Assembly (NCBI GenBank): GCA_965202585.1
Contig: OZ241833.1
Location: 24,614,001 to 24,678,000 of the forward strand
Length of the DNA stretch: 64,000 nt
Direction of reading: 5' to 3'
Source of the DNA: Thalia democratica
Lineage: Eukaryota
The notes under the pieces are model-generated. The model searched no databases, was not told where the DNA came from, and saw nothing but the letters and a program-made list of their open reading frames with translations. The translations under genes and the position numbers were made by a program. Of the stretch, positions 13,529 to 27,200 are shown in pieces. Each line of letters starts with the position of its first letter. Positions within the stretch are counted from its first letter, which is position 1.

Positions 13529-14111
13529 TCTTTAGAGATATCTATATATTTATTAGTTAATCTGCACTTTATATAATTTTCAATCGAGTTCTTAACGTAA
13601 AAAAGTTGTACTGTTCGTTTGGTTATTCTAATAAAATATTTGTAATTAACTTTATATGTTTGTTAGAATTTTAATGCTTTTAAATTACGTTTTTATATGT
13701 ATATTTCTTTTGAGTCATTCTTAACATGGAAAATTAAAACAAAAAGTAGCGATCTTATAAAAGCATAACCTTAAATCTTTTTTGTAAAAAAGAAGTATTA
13801 AATATTTCAAAACTTCTAAAATCATAACTATGTTCATAATAATGAGAATAATTACAAAGTGTGATTTAAATAATACTGTAAGGGTTACACATTTCTAAAA
13901 CTGTTTTTAGTACAGTAATCAAAGAAAAACTGTGTAACCTATATCATATAAACTTAATAAGTAAATATTGAAAAGTTTAAAAACTAAAGAGTGACTTTTT
14001 TTACAAACCTTGCTTAGTTTTAAATAAAATATTTTATGTATAGATATTTTTTGAACTTAAACTTATTTCTTTGAGATTTCTTAATTATATACAATCATCT
14101 CCTTATTATAC

Positions 14112-15092
14112 CAGAAGTCGGTAAGCATTTGGTGGTTGCGGGCCACATAAAAAAAAATTAAAATATTCCCGGGTAACAGCTGTGTTTTTAGTTACGACAT
14201 AATTTTTTTTTAATTTTCCATAAATTTCTCAGAATATTTAGTCCAAATTTCAAATCTCTTGTCAAGTACAGTAACCAACCGCTAACCAAAAAAGCGTACT
14301 TAAGAAATTTTGGTCTTTATTTACCTAAGTTAAGCCTAAAAGAAACATTTTGAAAACCACTAAAGCTTATATAAGACTATAACACCAAAATTCTACCTTA
14401 ATTAAAATATAATCATTATTTTTAATTATTATATTATCTAATTACTACTCACTATAATATAAACAATAAACATCTGAATTGTACATAGATTTTTGTACGC
14501 TTTTTACATTTATGTTTTAATTATGGGGTATGTAAATGTTTATTATACTATTCATTTATCTAACTTTTGTATGAAATTATAAATATCTTTTTATCGATGT
14601 TTTAATTATGGGGTATGCAAACTCAAATTGCACTGTTCCTTATTTTTTTCACTAAATAAACTGTAATATGTTTATTTTAAATATTTGATTTGATATACAA
14701 TTTGTACGCTCATAACTTTTTTTCTGGTTATTATAGTTTTCGTTTTATTTATAATAATACAGTGTAATTTTATTTAAAAATTAAAAAAAATTTTTAATTA
14801 AAAATTAAAATATCAATTGTATTTTAAATATATCGTTATTCGGCTAAAAAGTGCATACGCAACCGGCAGTGCGTACTTAAGTGGCAGGTTACAGTATATC
14901 AAATATATTTTTTATATTTTTTACTCTTCTAACTCCAAAATATCTTTTGTAAGTTTCAAGTCTTCTGTAAATTTTACTTGAGATTTCTTTTTACTCTTTA
15001 TTCTATTTAATGTATGTATCTTAAGATTTCCAGTATTACACGCTCGCGGGCCGCACTTTACATTTCGCGGGCCGCAGTTATACGAGTACCTG
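14112..15092. mobile_element. Degenerate hAT (Charlie-like) MITE remnant
   Basis: Left end cagaagtcggtaagc...gcgggccacat and right-end repeats gctcgcgggccgca / cgcgggccgcagtt resemble the ends of 40552-42114. No TSD recoverable. Confidence 0.4.
14269..14894. mobile_element. Possible TA-flanked Tc1/mariner-type MITE nested in the hAT remnant
   Basis: TA on both sides; termini cagtaacc vs (reverse complement) ctgtaacc; gcgtacttaag near both ends. TIR is short and degenerate. Confidence 0.35.
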
Positions 15093-15525
15093 ACTACACT
15101 ATGTTTAGAACTAAAACTTAATTTTTGGCATTGCAATTACAAAATTTTCGCCGAAAAAATCAGAAAAAGCGCTTTTTAGTCATTATAATTCACAGGTGTA
15201 AGAAGCTTGCGGACAAAATACACAAACTCTAAAAGTAATTAAATATCACGTTATATTAATTAGACGTTTGTCCTGATATGTCATTTCGGAGACTACAACA
15301 CCTTTACGCTTTTGAGATTGTGTATAAACCTGCTTCCGAGAAAGCTTAATGAACAGGGACGTCTGTTTATGGGCAGCGAGAAAAATATCACAAGTCACAA
15401 TGTAAATCGTTGACTGGTCTATTTTGAGCGATCCAAACTTTGATGCCTTATACGGCAGATTTTTCACCTGTAGGGTTGTATTGTAGTTAACGAAAGTTAA
15501 CAGTTAAAGTATTAGTTTGTTGAAT

Positions 15526-15635
15526 GACAAAAAATAAAACGCTCAAAATATCTAGTTATAGGACCTCGTGCACGAAGAATCTTTCGGTTGTCAAGTCGCA
15601 CACCATATATACTTTTTAACGTCTTGTCCAAGACA
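15526..15635 (+). repeat. Interspersed ~110-bp repeat family, copy 1
   Basis: acgctcaaaat...aggacctcgtgcacgaagaatctttcggttgtcaagtc...ttttaacgtcttgtccaagac aligns to 16381-16450 and 54797-54905. Confidence 0.75.
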
Positions 15636-16380
15636 AGTAACAAACATTTTTTATCTTGATAATAAAACAACTTTAAAAATCTATTAGTCACTAAGTTTAA
15701 AGTCTTGAAAACACCAAAATTAAGTCTACTAGTAGTAAGTCTCTTTGTAATTTTATGTTTTTTGACTTTTGTTATCTAAAACTTTGTTTTTGTACAATAA
15801 TTTTTTTACTTATAAAGCACTGCCTGGTTGTAATAAATATTTTTGTTTTTATTGTCAGTGCTTAATTATTGACCAAAACTTTCATCTAAACTTAAATTTA
15901 ACTTTTTAAAACTTAAAATGTTGCCTTTAACATTATTGCTGACAGAAAGTATTTTAAAAACTTAGTTGTACTTTACACATATATATATGGAGTAAAATAT
16001 ACTTACAGGACGGTAATAAAAGTTTAAATGGACAATCATAATGTACTGTATTGTAAACTTTTTAAACTGAAACAGTAGTTTGTGTAAAAACTCATTTTAA
16101 GTGTAGTTGCGTAGAAATAAGGTAGATGTTATGTTAGTATTTTTGTAAATAAAAAAAAAAGAACGATAAACCAAAAAGTTATAAGTTTTTTAATTGCTAT
16201 TTAATGCTATAAAAATTAAGTTGTACACTAAACGATTAAAGTGTTTTTTTAGTCTATAACTAAAATGATACAAATTGTAAACGAAATTAAACTACCTGTT
16301 TAGTAACAAAATAATACAATCGTTAAAAGGTTATTGAGCTACATTAAAATAATTTAATTTTTATACGTAATGTTTACTAA

Positions 16381-16450
16381 ACGACAAAAAAAAATGGCGC
16401 TCAAAATACTCGGTCCTAGGACCTGGTGCACGAAAAACCTTTTGGTTATC
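16381..16450 (+). repeat. Interspersed ~110-bp repeat family, copy 2 (3' truncated)
   Basis: gcgctcaaaatactcggtcctaggacctggtgcacgaaaaacctttggttatcaa. Confidence 0.75.
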
Positions 16451-19400
16451 AATATAAAGTAATTTTGTTTACATTATTTATCTTCTGTTCTTTAAAATCA
16501 GCGTTATACTAAAGTGTGAACGTAGCTTTGTAAATCTAACAGGTCTAAAAACAAAAAAAAAAACCTTAATATAATTTATTCTAAACATATTTTGAAATAC
16601 AACTAATACTACTTTTTGGTAAAAAATACAGAAACGATGACCAGCTTAACTAATAAGACGAATAAAAACTTGAAAACTAGTCTAAACTTGTTTTTTGAAT
16701 ATATTTGTTGTACTATGAAATTATGTTTGAAATAGTTTTTATTTTAAAATTGCTTACATTTTAATACTTTACTAGGTAAGGTACGGAATAGAACCTAGAC
16801 TATATTTTTGTCAGTTGGACATTGTTGATTAGTTTTATCAAACTATTGCTTTTTAGAGTTAGTTTAATTAAAATTTTTAATTATCTACTCGTGATAAATT
16901 GAAATATATCTAGAAAAATGGTTTAAGTTATGTGCAAAAAAAACTGTTTTAGTCTTACTTAAAGCTTTAATTATGCATGAAAAGGATGTTTACAACGAAC
17001 AATTAAGGAATTAATATAAGTAAGAATTTTTATTCAGTTTACAAGTAAGCTCTAAAAAAAGTTTTTTTTTTATGCTACATACTCAATTTTTGAATACAAT
17101 TAGTTTTTAGTTCGATTTTTTTAGTGCTCCATTTAACAAAGGTTGTGCACTTACTGAAACTAGTTGCACTTTACAGTTCGAAGTATTTATTTTAGAAAAC
17201 GATGACTGCAATTACTTCTACTAATAATAAGAATAATTTAACAAAAAAAAGCTTTTTTAACTATGCAAGAAATTATAGAAATAAATATTTATAAGCTCAT
17301 TAAATATAAAACAAACTAAGTTGTATTATTACGTAGGTTAAATCATAAAGATAAAATAATCATGAAACTGAAAGGTTTTGAATCTAGAAAACTAAATTGG
17401 AAGCACTAAGTAGACTAATACACCATACTCTGCATTTGCTACTTTTCTTATTGTCAGTATCATCTTGGCAGTATACACATTTGTACAAATATAGAACAGT
17501 TTTAAAACATAAATTTTTTTTTTACTTAGTTGCCAATCGTACAATGTTTTGTAGGAAAAGTTTTTATTTTTAATTTTGGAGGTTAAGCTAAGCAAATAAT
17601 TCAAGAGTTTTCCATATTTAATTCTGCAATTGTTTAAAACACAAAAATAATACAATATGACTACAATAATAAATGAAAGATCAACAATTGACAACTAAAT
17701 ATGGATCAATTGTTTAGTTTTTTAAACTTTTGACAAAAAATTATTCAAATATTAATTTTAAAAACATTTGAATTGATCAAAAATATAGTCATAACTTAAC
17801 AGTTCTATATCTTTAGAACTATAGCTTTAAAACACGTAACAAATTTCTTTTATGACTATTAATTTGCTATTAATTATTCCTTTACCAAAAAAATTGTTGT
17901 TACTACTAATAACCTTTTCAAAATAATTAAAAAAAAATTTAAACAAAGACAGACCAAAATTTTTAAGAATAAGTCTACAGAAAGCAAGAATGACGCTTTT
18001 TCAATTATTTTTTGTTAAAACTCAGTTTTTAGTTAGTTTGTTAGTTTAAAACAGATAAAAACGAAAAGTATAATTAATGTAAGTCTAATTTTCCATATTT
18101 CCTGAGTCAGCAAGTTTTTTTAAAGCTTTTTATATATTTTTTTTTTAAACTTTTATTCCTAACCCGCCTTACCGAAATAATTTTTAAATTAATATAAAAA
18201 AGTTTTAATAAATAGAAGTAAAGATAACAAGCGAAAAAAAAATTGGTGACTCAGCATCAGCAAATATTCAAATCAGATTGACCTTTAAGTTTTACAAGCA
18301 AATAAAAACTGATAAATATATATACATACAAAACTCACATACATAATTTATTACATAAAGAAAAAAATTTAATTCAAGTTTTTAGTTAACTTTTGCTACG
18401 GCTAAATTTAAAAACTTTTAAATTAGAAGTTTTAAGTAGCTAGAGATTAAAGTCTTTGAATTAAGTTTTAAGCTAGTAATGTATAGTTTTAATTTGATTA
18501 TTTATTAATGCTATTAAAACCTAAATACTTGACTTAAATTTACTATTTCAAATTTTAAAACCAGTTTGTGTAGTTTATAAAGCTTAATTTAGTAATTAAA
18601 AGTATATAAAGTAAGATTATGATAAGAAAACAAGATAAGCTTAAGGCAAATTATATTAAATTTTTTAACAAACTTAATTAAATCTGCATAAATAATTTAT
18701 TTGAGATAGTTTTTTTAATCAAACCGTTTTATTCAGAAGTTAGATATTTAAAACGAAACTAAGTTAAATAGATTAAGATGTGTTGCAGTTGCAGATAATC
18801 ATCTCATAGAAAGATCGTTTATGCAAACATTTCGAATAAAAACAACTTAAGAGTTTCAATTGATGGCAAGTTTAGCAAATCTAACTAGTATAAGTTTAAT
18901 GATGTACTGATTGCTCTATGATAACTTGTTTAAATTCAAAAGCATAAATCTAGAAAAGCACAAGTAAAAGTACATTGTAGAAGTTTTATTTTACTGGAAT
19001 GTTGTACTTATGTTTCTCGCTTTTCGGACCTTCCCTAATACAAAATTGACAATGTCTTAAGATAACAATAATGAGGTCCCTGGCTACGCCCTCAGTTCCA
19101 TTTGTTGTAGGAAATAATCAAAAGTATGATATAATTATTTTAAAATGGGTTTGTAAAACTAAAAAAAATACTTGATTAATTGCAACCTTTAAATTTTGAT
19201 AAATTTCAGTAAAAATATCAAAACTCTACTACACAATATTTTTGATTATTGCCTAGCTCATTTATCAAAAAAAATCTTTTTCATTCTTTTAGTAGTTTTA
19301 ATAAAAAAATTGTTAATTACCTAGCATGATGTTGCATTAATATCAAGCTTAAATTATGTAGTTATCTTTATATTCATGTTTATTTAGATATCTTTTTAAC

Positions 19401-20724
19401 CATAACTATAAAATAACCATAACAATTGTATAATCATAACCATAATAAGCTTTAAGAGTTTTATAATTTACATTTCAGTTTATAATTATATATTCATAAT
19501 TATACAAAAATTTAAGATTTTTCACTAAATTTTCAATTGTTAGTAAGAACAAGCTCAATACATAAAACTTAAAGCAATTTAATTGCCTTATATTATAAAA
19601 TAAAAAGGATTAAATAAATAAGTTTTCTTAGTTTGTGATAAATAAATTAAGTTCTTTTTTTGTATTTATACAAAAAAATTTTTGAAACTAAGCATATTAG
19701 GATAAAATAATGTATTTTAAACTAAACATATTAGGATAAAATAATTTATTCTAGCCTAAATGTATTGTTAAAAAAGACATCAATAATAAATAAAAATATT
19801 TGACTGACTATATAATTTCAGCTCAATATTAGTGAAGTATAATGCTATGTAATTACAAAATTTCTATAATATAATATAGCAGAATGCTAATAGTGCATTT
19901 AAAAGTTATGTTTACTTATAATGAACATAAATATAGACTGCTTATTGGATGACAGTTAGGTGCATTTCAGATTATGAACCTTGTTTTTGGAAAAGTGACT
20001 GCACGTTAAAAAAGTTTGTATATAGACATACTATAGAAGACCATTATGTTATATAGTTTAAACTTATGTAACTGTGTTTATTAATTTTGACATCATAGCA
20101 AAAAATTGTCTTTAAAAGAGTTACTGCACATATAGTTATAAAATTTTGTATGAATACTTTTTTATTGAAGACCACTTAGTTTAATTAGTTATGTTTCAAT
20201 TCAATCAATTTGATAAATTAGTTAGTGGATGATAAATTTTTATTTTTTGTAATGACCTCATAATTAGTTACTGGATTGACTTGACTATCAGAACTGACAT
20301 CTGATAAAAAGTCTATAACATAAATTCTTTGTAAAGTTTAGGCTAAATTTTTATCAAGAGGCAATGCTATGAACTTCAAAAATAAAAAAGAAATTAAAAA
20401 ATTATTAATTAAACTGTTAAATTTTTATATATAATGCAACAGAGCTTTTTATTTTCAATTGTGTTAAAATTATAACTTAAATTTGATTTTTAGTAGCTTT
20501 TTAAGTAAAGCATGTAACTTTTTTAAGTATTAAGATGTTACTAGGTTCTTAAAAAACTTATGTTTTGTGTAAAGTGTTACAACACAACACCTGAACATAA
20601 CAAAAACATAAAACATAAGCATTTTGTCTTTGTTAAAGTAGTGTTGTTTTGTGTAACCATTGAAAATTTCAAAGTTTTAAGATAAATCATAATCTACTAG
20701 TCTAGATTGTTAGTAAAAAATATA

Positions 20725-21051
20725 ATCAAAGAAGGTAAAAATTTCATGTCGACTACATCACCAGAGACCAATGACTTAAATGTAAATTATTCGCTCCCCC
20801 AACATACAACTAAACATCAATTGATGGAAATAGGCAGCAATTTAGTTATCAGCCACAAAATACCACTGTGGTATTTTTAAACACAAACAAAGTCAAGTCA
20901 AATGCCCCTGTAATGGTTTCAAAACTGCCAACTGAAACTGAAAATAAAATGTGTTGCAATTAAAAAAACTTGTATTGGAAGTACATTTACTGTACTTAAT
21001 ACTGGCGGAATAATAGTTGTAGTATTTTTGTTCAACACGGACAGATTTTAA
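20725..21051 (+). pseudogene. Pseudogenised duplicate of the small membrane-protein gene at 23927-24268
   Basis: Aligns across about 400 bp, including an identical gcagcaatttagttatcagccacaaaataccactgtggta. ATG has become ATC (20725), with a 1-nt deletion after ccccaacat and further frameshifts/stops. Confidence 0.75.
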
Positions 21052-21152
21052 AACTGTTAGTGTTTATAAATTCTTAAAGTCTTTACATGAAACAAAAACG
21101 TATGACATATTTTATAAATCAATTTTTTAAAACTGATCATTTATGGGAGCAA

Positions 21153-21575
21153 ATCATTTCTAACCCGCTATCATTTCTAACCCGATTTATTCTAACCCGA
21201 TCACTTCTAACCTAATCACTTCTAACCCGATCATTTCTAACCCGATCACTCCAAACCCAATCACTTCTAACCCAATCATTTCTAACCCGATCACTTCTAA
21301 CCCAATCACTTCTGACCTGATCACTTCAAACCCGGTCACTTCTAACCCGATCACTTCTAACCCAATTATTTCTAACCCAATTAAACCGATCATTTCTAAC
21401 CCGATCATTTCAAACCCGATCACTTCTGACCTGATCACTTTTAACCCAATCATTTCTAACAAGATCATTTCTAACCCAATCACTTCTAACCCAATTAAAC
21501 CGATCATTTCTAACCCAATCATTTCTAACAAGATCACTTCTAACCCGATCATTTCTAACCCGATCGTTTCTAACT
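21153..21575. repeat. 15-bp minisatellite, consensus ATCA(T/C)TTCTAACCC(G/A), about 28 copies
   Basis: Direct tandem array with no unique spacers. The minus-strand MIGLE/VIGLE ORF is an artefact of the period. Confidence 0.95.
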
Positions 21576-23926
21576 CATTTTACTTATATTACGTTTTTAT
21601 TTTTCAATCTGAATTTCATGCAAAAATAAACTATTCTTAATGAAGTTGTTAAAATAATAATAAAAAAAAACTTTTATCCACTTTAAAACATAATGATTTT
21701 AATGTGTGACGTAAATATATTTATAGTATAAATTATAATTTTAGTATTAACTTAACATAATCTTAATATATTTTTATTACCTCATTTTTTGATTTTTTAT
21801 CCTACACATAATTTTTTTTTTTCTATTATTTTTTTTTTGTTTGTTCAATACACTTTAAGAGATGTTTTTCGTTAATCATATACAATTTACTAAATTGTTT
21901 ACTTTAAAGTATTTTGAACTCTTCTTTGTAGAATTTTAAAATAAGCAGTGATAACTTTATTGTAATTGGATCTAATTGTAATTAACGTGACTACAATAGT
22001 TTTAACATAAGCAAATTTTAAAAAGTAAACTCTTACAATTGTAATATTCAGATACAAAAGTTTTTATATTACAGTTTAAAAACTACATTTAAAGTCTGAC
22101 GTAAATGTTTCATTATTGCTTACTAATGTATTAACTTTTTATAGTAGGGTAGTTTTAATTTTCATCTTGATAACTTATACAAATTGTTATGCAACTTGCA
22201 TAGGCCTGTTAAGTTAATGGAATTCAAACAAACATTAGAAGAAATTAAAAACTTTTGTTATATTATGTGGAAAAGCATGATTTTTAATAGAAACTAGCTA
22301 TTAAAACAGTTATGTCATATAAATAAACTGCAAAAGTTTTGTTATGTCGATTGACCGTCTAGATTTCACATCATTAATAAATTTCTACTTAGTTTTAGAG
22401 TAGTTAAACAGTAATAGTTAAACAGACAAGTTTATTTGTATAACAAGTTCGAGGGTAATTAAATCTCGCCTATGTTTTAATTGCGACTTAAATTAATACT
22501 TTAATAGACAAACATTTCTTTAAAATAACTTTATTATGAGCAATTGAATTAACGTAAGTAAAAACAAAATAAGTAGTAAAAATAAAACATTTTGAAATAG
22601 AATAATAAATTAAACATACTTAAATTAAATATATTTAGGAGCATAATTTAATAAAAACTCAATTAAGTTTTTTGTTTCTTTTAATCAAATATTTTCCAGA
22701 TGATTGTTACACAAAACATATTTATTTTTTATTCATTACACTAAAGCCAGCTTGTAGTCTATTGACTTTATTCTCGGTGGTTTTTTGCACCTCTAAATTT
22801 CTATAAATATGATGAGTTTTTTCTTTATTAAAAAATTTAAACCTATGTAATAGGTTTCACAATACAAACTGGTTTTATTATTTTGTTATAAGTTTTTAAG
22901 TTAGTTTAATCTAATAATTTATACTTACATTTCATATTTAAGGATCGCTAAATAATCTAAAATTAATACTGATTTTAGGCCATAAGGTTAAACTACTTAA
23001 AAAAAGATATTTCTGTTTTTTAGATTGACCCACTTTGTAAACTTCAGATAACTTTTAAGATTTAAGCAAATAAATTCTGAGTGCTCAAAAGTTTCCTTAA
23101 AAAAGGAGCAAACTAAAAAAACTACTATCTCATTTATAAAATGAAATCTCTTACAAATAACTTTTTTGGTGTACTAAATTTAAATAAAAAATATCAACAA
23201 GTATTTTGCATTTTGTTGAAGTAATATATTTTTTGATACATACTATTGTATATAACTAAGCTATAGGTAAATATTAACATTTATGAAAGCTTGATATTGG
23301 ATACGTCATAATGAGTTTAAATTCAAAATATGAAATAAATACTGTTAAGATATGAAATGAGAAATTAAGTAAACAAGCCTTTCTCAATCATGAGTAAGTA
23401 AAAAGAAACTTAGATGGCAAAAGGATATTATAGTTAAGTATATACATACAGGTTTCAAAGTTATATAAACGTAAATAATAAGAATAAAAAGGCTATAAAA
23501 ATGATAGAAGTAAAATATGTTTATCAGAATTTAGTTAATGTACTTAGTTAAAAGGAATAAAGCTATAGTACTAAAGAATTAAAATTTCAGAATAATTACA
23601 TAGAAATATATTAGGCAATTAAAAATAGTTTTTAAACTTAACTAAATAATAATAAAAAAACTATAACAATTTATACAAATTAGTATTGTTAACAAACTTA
23701 CAAAGTTATGGCTTATGTAAACTATTATAAGACTACACTTGAACAAAAAACATAGGTTTTATTTCAAGAAAATTCAGTTATTTTATTTTGTCACAAAAGA
23801 TTTTGTTACACATTGTTTTATAAAAAACTTAGTTATCTCCTATTAAATAAGTGTTTTTTTATTTAGTTCAAAATGGTCAGTGTGTAAAATAAATTATTAT
23901 CAATACTAGATTGTGATAAAAATATA

Positions 23927-24268
23927 ATGGAAGAAGGTAAATGTTTTATATCCACTCCAGCCTCAGGGACCAATGATTTAAATGTGAATTATTCAGTTCC
24001 CCTGAATTAAAACCAAACATCAATTGATGGAAATAAGCAGCAATTTAGTTATCAGCCACAAAATACCACTGTGGTAGTTTCAAATACCAACCCTCAGTCA
24101 AGTCAAAGTCAAATTGCCCCTGTAATGGTTTCAAGGCTTCCAGATAAAATCGAAAATGAAAAGTGTTATGATTGGAAATGCATTCTTGCTATTTCATTTC
24201 TTGTTCTGTTTATTAGTGGAATAATAGTTTTAGCTATTTTTGTTCAGCATAAAAATGGTAAACTTTAA
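23927..24268 (+). pseudogene. Small single-pass (C-terminal TM) membrane protein gene with an in-frame TAA at codon 28; pseudogene or null allele
   Basis: One frame gives MEEGKCFISTPASGTNDLNVNYSVPLN*NQTSIDGNKQQFSYQPQNTTVVVSNTNPQSSQSQIAPVMVSRLPDKIENEKCYDWKCILAISFLVLFISGIIVLAIFVQHKNGKL*. TAA at 24008-24010; hydrophobic C-terminal helix. Confidence 0.55.
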
Positions 24269-27200
24269 AACTGATAGTGTATGTAAATTCTTTATGCTTT
24301 TACATGAAAAAACAGCATGAAAAATTTCTTTAAACAGTTTTAATCATTAAGGTTAATAATGTGCATGGCAATTTATCTTTGTCACCTATATTTTGGGTTT
24401 AAGTAAAATTTTAACTTTGAAGTTTGTCTTAGTGAAATCATTATTATATGTCTCATTAAAAAATTGATAATGATTTTAGTCCATAGAGAGGTAACTCATA
24501 TTATGAAAAATTATTCTTGTTTTTTAGATATATCACTTTGTCAATTTCAAATTAGTTTTAAAAATCAAAGTTTGGAGAGTTCAACAAGTTTGTTTAAATA
24601 TAACCAAACTAAGAAAATTGAAAAAATACTACTTTATTGATATAAAATTTCTTTTAAAGTTTTTCAGCATCTGTTTACAAACGTTCCAGCTGCTGATATT
24701 AGAAAAAAAAAAGAAAAAAAATTGTTAAGAGTTTTTTTTTAATTAACTAAGGGACATAATTTATTTTGGTCTTGTTTTATTCATAAAATTACTACTTTCC
24801 TTTTTTTTAAGAAATTTAAATTTGTTATTGCAGAAAAAAATTCCTTTAAGTTTTAGGTAAGTTTATTTTATAAAGTAAGTGAAGATAACTTTTTAAACTT
24901 TTTTAAAACTTAATGAAAAGTAATTGAAACAACACCTTCATATTTTTTATATTGAAAATTTTCATTATATCTCATTATTAAATTGGAAGTCATGTAGTAT
25001 AAGTTATCAATACATCACAATCAAACAAATGTTAATTTTGTAAAAACTGTTAAACCTCCCTATGGCCTAGATAGAAAAATAATTTTATTAATTTAAGTTG
25101 AGTATACTGTAATTAAATTGCTAAAGTATGGAAAAGTTCAAGTGTTTCTATTTCATGTTTTTTTGTATATGAATTTTTACTTAATAATTTTTCAATGATT
25201 TTCAATTAGTTTACTTAACACACTACATATCATAACATCGTGTATCATACATGCATCTTGAACTTTGTTTTCTTTATTTTACAGCAAGGTTTCCAAGACT
25301 CATTTTCATACAAGCCCCCATTTATTAGATATTTGCCAGTGTTATTTACTAATAAGTTACCTTTTTTTCTTATTCTTAAACTTATTAAGGCCTCAATAGC
25401 TCTAATCTACCTAAAGGGGCAATAATTTTTACTTTGAGAAGTCATGACCTAAAAACAACTCTCCAGTCAATGTTTTATCTCTTAAGTGTTTTTGTTCATT
25501 TAGTATTTTAGTTGCTATAAACTTTTGCAAACTTTAAAACTATGTTAGTTATAAATAATGTTTTTACTGCAAAAATTGACTTGATTTAAATTTTGTATTA
25601 AATGAAATTTTTAACTGTTATTATTTTATAAATTGAGAAATTACAACTTTTTTTTACAATTATACGGTGAAAACTATATTTTTCACACATAAAAAATATA
25701 TTTAGAAATTAGCAACTAAAGTCTTTCTTCTACTTAAGTTTCTCCCTCAAAACCAAGTGCTTTATATCTCAATAAAACACAATGACTTTTAAAACTTAAA
25801 CTGAAACTAGAAGAGTGTTAAAATCTGTATGTACTAAAAGCAAAATTTCAATGACAACTATATTTTACTTTATTCTTAAATTAAATGGTGTCTGAACAGA
25901 GCTAGTTATGTTATACAAAGAACTTAGTGATATACGTGCTAAAAAAACTAAACTGTATTCTTCTATGATTTCTGAAATGATTTTTTTACTATTTATATGC
26001 TTAAAAGTGCATGAATAAGTTTAGTAAATGTAAAAAAATAGTTTTTGTGTATTTATAAATTGTTCTAGCTGTAAACTATAGAATTTCTGCTAAAGTACAT
26101 AAAGCATAATAATGTTGATAGTTTTTAAAGTTTAACTATTAAATTGCTTTAAAACTAATTTCAATGAAATTAACATTTACTGCCTAAATGAAATTCATTC
26201 ATGTTATTTTTATTTTGAACTAATGAGCAATCGAACTACCGCTATAATTTATTTTACACAATAAGTGTTTGTCATTCCTGTTTAATTTTTTTTAGAGTTA
26301 ACTGTGTCATAATAAGTCTTCTTTTTACCATTTTAGCTGCTGGATACTCTATTTGTTATGTTGTACTTTTTGTAAAGTTTCATTTATTAGTGTCTTTAAG
26401 AAACTCGATAAAGTTTTGTTAAACACTATTGATGTCTTAAGTTTATGTTCAAAACTTAATTGAGTATTAAATATAAAAAAGTGTAGTATTTACAATTGGG
26501 TAACTCATATTCGTGTTATTTTTTTGAAATTTAAACTGGACACATTTTAACTCAATGCATGTATTGATTGTATTGTTTTTGCAGCAAATAAACTAACATA
26601 AAAGTAAATATTAATATAAGAAGAAAAATTTTCGGGTAAACCATTCAGTTAGCAAACTATTGACAAAAACAAAATCTTTAGAACAAACTAACATAACTAG
26701 TAAGTTGATTTAACAATTCCTGGTACACGTTCAAAGCTACAAGTAAGAGATTTTGCATTTGAACTTAATATATTTCAATAAGAGTGTTGAACTTATTAAT
26801 AACTTCAAAATATAACTTTTTTTATTAAATACTTAGTTACTCCACACCTGTACTTGTTATAATTTTTCTATGGTGTTATTGATAGTCTAGTATGATTTGT
26901 AACCATTAGTTTAGGACACTCAATTTAAATGCTGTCCAGTGTCCGCATATTGTTTAGATCTTTTATGCACTATTATTAGCTTATACTTGTCTCTGCCCTA
27001 ATTAAGTTCATCTTACTTTTACCATTTATTAGATATAATATAAACTACCTGGCTGTTAAGCTATTTGTTTTCAGATTACTTTAGATGCTTTCTTACCGTT
27101 TCTTAGACAACTTCCGTTTATAAATTAATTTATCAGAAAATTCTACACATAGAGAGATGTTGAGATGTATCAAGTTCCTTACATCTGTTCAGAAAACTTT

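Noticed and set aside
18246-18256. TGACTCAGCA (AP-1/ARE-like site); similar TGACTCAG near 54470
   Set aside because: Single short motifs are expected by chance in 64 kb, and there is no linked promoter evidence.
19075-19095. Isolated TIR-like ends (ccctggctacgccct here; also ggccggtcctg near 43225, gcaacgctg near 48620, cagggttg at 63959)
   Set aside because: No partner end or TSD was found in the window; they are probably old hAT-like fragments and cannot be delimited.
19685-19750. ~34-bp tandem duplication
   Set aside because: It is real, but two AT-rich copies are ordinary slippage with no sign of function.
21153-21575. CRISPR-like array or MIGLE-repeat protein
   Set aside because: The units are contiguous with no unique spacers, there are no cas genes, and the context is eukaryotic. 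The ORF follows from a 15-bp period without stops.
24008-24010. TAA reassigned to Gln (alternative genetic code)
   Set aside because: CERT1 ends at TAA exactly where orthologues end, and no in-frame TAA/TAG occurs in about 2000 codons of the four intact genes.
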